The position numbers and the translations under genes are program-made. Shown one piece after another: positions 62,061 through 64,000 of a stretch of 64,000 nucleotides of DNA. Position 1 is the stretch's first letter; every line of letters begins with the position of its first letter. The notes under the pieces were generated by a model. It had not been told where the DNA came from. It did not search any database and saw only the letters and a program-made list of their open reading frames with translations. The stretch comes from Histomonas meleagridis 2922-C6/04-290x (taxonomy: Eukaryota > Protista > Parabasalia), in contig JAANOX010000275.1 in the NCBI GenBank assembly GCA_020184695.1, forward strand, positions 195,173-259,172, in the 5' to 3' direction.

Positions 62061-62520
62061 GTTTATGTAATATTTGCGTTTGAATTTCTATCAAATATAT
62101 TAGTTAATATAGGGAAAGATGTTTAAATTCTTTTAATTTTGATTATTACAATTTCAAGTAATGATGTGATTTTGAAATTATTATTATTATTAATAACCCT
62201 ATGGCTACATGTAGGATTTGAGTCATTTGTTGGTGCCTACGACCATTTTAAAAAGATCAACAATGGATTTTTCGATAAAAATTTCGATTCCAGTTCGTTA
62301 TTTACATTAAAAATGTTTTTTGGTTGATTTTTATTATTTTTTATTGAGAGCAGATAAAAAGTGACAAAAATTTAATTGAGTAGTTTATTCAAATGAGCCC
62401 CTTTAATGGTTTTCCATTCAAATCCAACTGTCACCCTCTACTAAGTTTTTCCTGCTTGTATATCCATTAAAATTTTTAATTTATGCGTGCAATTATTTAG
62501 TAATTGTGACATTTATGCCC

Positions 62521-63447
62521 TCATCCAGAGAAACTTAAAAATGCATATTGTTCTTTTCTGACGAATGCTAATGTTACAATTGGCAATGTTAGAGCTGGTG
62601 TTATGAACAGCAATGCTGGCTGACCTGATCCTGTTATATTGCACACAAAGTCGGTAAGGACCATTGCAGCAGCATATCCAACCATTGCTACAATCCAATA
62701 TGGCGATTTCTTCCCGACTACTTTTTTAATAAACGCATCAAACCTTGAGCAAACAGAAATGAATATCCCAGGGATTACGAGGTCTCCCAGTCCAAGAATT
62801 GATGTTCCACTTGGGAGATCAAATTGTAATTTTACGGGACCCTGAAGATTGGTTGCAACTGAGGACATAACGTCTGTGGAATATACAAAAAATGTATCAT
62901 ATATGAGGAGAGACCAAAGAAATGGTGCAGCTGCGGTAAATTTTTCAATGCGAATGCTTAAAATGGCAAAAAATGCAATGCAAAAAGCAATGATGTCATT
63001 AGCAACGCAGCTTCGTGTTTTGTAATACCAAATATTGATAGATATTCCGATTAAATAAAGGATAACATCAAATAAATAAAAGGGCACAGGTTGTGGAGGC
63101 AAAACAAATTCAGTTATAACAGTTTTGGATGCAGGGTATGTGAAAAGCTTCGGTGATTTGACATGAATAAATGTACGTAATAAAAACCATATACTATTTG
63201 TTCCAGCAATTCCAAAATAAAAGCTGAACATATAATTAACAGTTGATGGACTAAAATATTCAAAAAGAAGATTGACTGTAACAAGAGTTAAAGCTGCCAT
63301 AAAAGGATAAGACTTGATACGATTTTCTGTTAATACATCCTTTGGCGCTTCATCACTTTCTACTCCAGCAAAATATGATCCAAGTCCAACAGCCAAAACT
63401 GCTGTTCCACTCAGAACAAGTGAATCCATATTTTCGAAATGTGACAT
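62521..63447 (-). CDS. SPP: Signal peptide peptidase (presenilin-type GxGD aspartyl intramembrane protease, A22B)
   Basis: Multi-TM 308-aa ORF with LLIYDTFFV (YD), ILGLGDLVIPG (GxGD) and QPALL (PAL). Confidence 0.93.
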   Translation of the reverse strand: MSHFENMDSLVLSGTAVLAVGLGSYFAGVESDEAPKDVLTENRIKSYPFMAALTLVTVNLLFEYFSPSTVNYMFSFYFGIAGTNSIWFLLRTFIHVKSPKLFTYPASKTVITEFVLPPQPVPFYLFDVILYLIGISINIWYYKTRSCVANDIIAFCIAFFAILSIRIEKFTAAAPFLWSLLIYDTFFVYSTDVMSSVATNLQGPVKLQFDLPSGTSILGLGDLVIPGIFISVCSRFDAFIKKVVGKKSPYWIVAMVGYAAAMVLTDFVCNITGSGQPALLFITPALTLPIVTLAFVRKEQYAFLSFSG

Positions 63448-64000
63448 GAAATATTCTATCTGGTAATGTTTCTGACAGTAAAACGGTCAAAAAACACAGA
63501 ATAATTATTGATTCATACCTTCATATAGGGTTGACCTTCTCTTCAATGCTAAGAAAAAAGTTAGAGTGTTTCTTTCTCTTCAATGCTAAGAGCAATTTTA
63601 TGATAAACAGGGGTACACGCATACACACAATATTTCCCCAAGAAGTGGGGTGCCCCCACTTAATATTTCATATTTCTAACGAAATATGGTGGAATACTGT
63701 TGTGGCACTTTTGTTGAATAAATCATTTTTAAAAATGAAAGCTGGAAGAAAAGCATGCAATTTGATATGATTGGCTCATTCAAACTGCCGTTGACATAGA
63801 AAACCGAGTTACGACATTAATGGAAGGCTCCAAAAATGCCAATATAGTACAATAGGAGGGGATGCCGAGCGTGGCTTCCCCAATTTAGAGGAAACCTCTC
63901 GATTTTTCAATTAATTCAATTTTCAATAAACGATAACTATGAATTTTGAATGTTCCGAAATAAATTAATGTTATGACAAAATAAATTGAATGAATTCATT

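Overview
AT-rich eukaryotic DNA, most likely from a parabasalid (Tritrichomonas/Histomonas-like). That assignment is inferred from intronless genes, TCA(T/C)T initiator motifs, a giant BEACH gene and FTES-repeat surface-protein tails. About 12 kb is intact host genes: a PAK/STE20 kinase, a SNF1/CAMK-like kinase, a 2183-aa degenerate BEACH-WD40 protein, a ubiquitin-like-domain protein, an E2F/DP factor, signal peptide peptidase and one hypothetical. Most of the rest is nested, decayed DNA transposons: mariner, Tc1, pogo/DDE_1, several MULEs (one with both TIRs and a 9-bp TSD), Merlin and multiple Helitron Rep/PIF1 pieces. The main signal is at about 52.1-60.8 kb, a fragmented endogenous Polinton-like virus. 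It has a protein-primed PolB remnant, a tyrosine recombinase, a reconstructable ~542-aa putative major capsid protein and an A32-type packaging ATPase. It also carries two adenovirus-pVI-like amphipathic peptides, a hidden chromodomain micro-gene and a 91-bp palindrome. All family calls are by-eye motif recognition; no database search was run.
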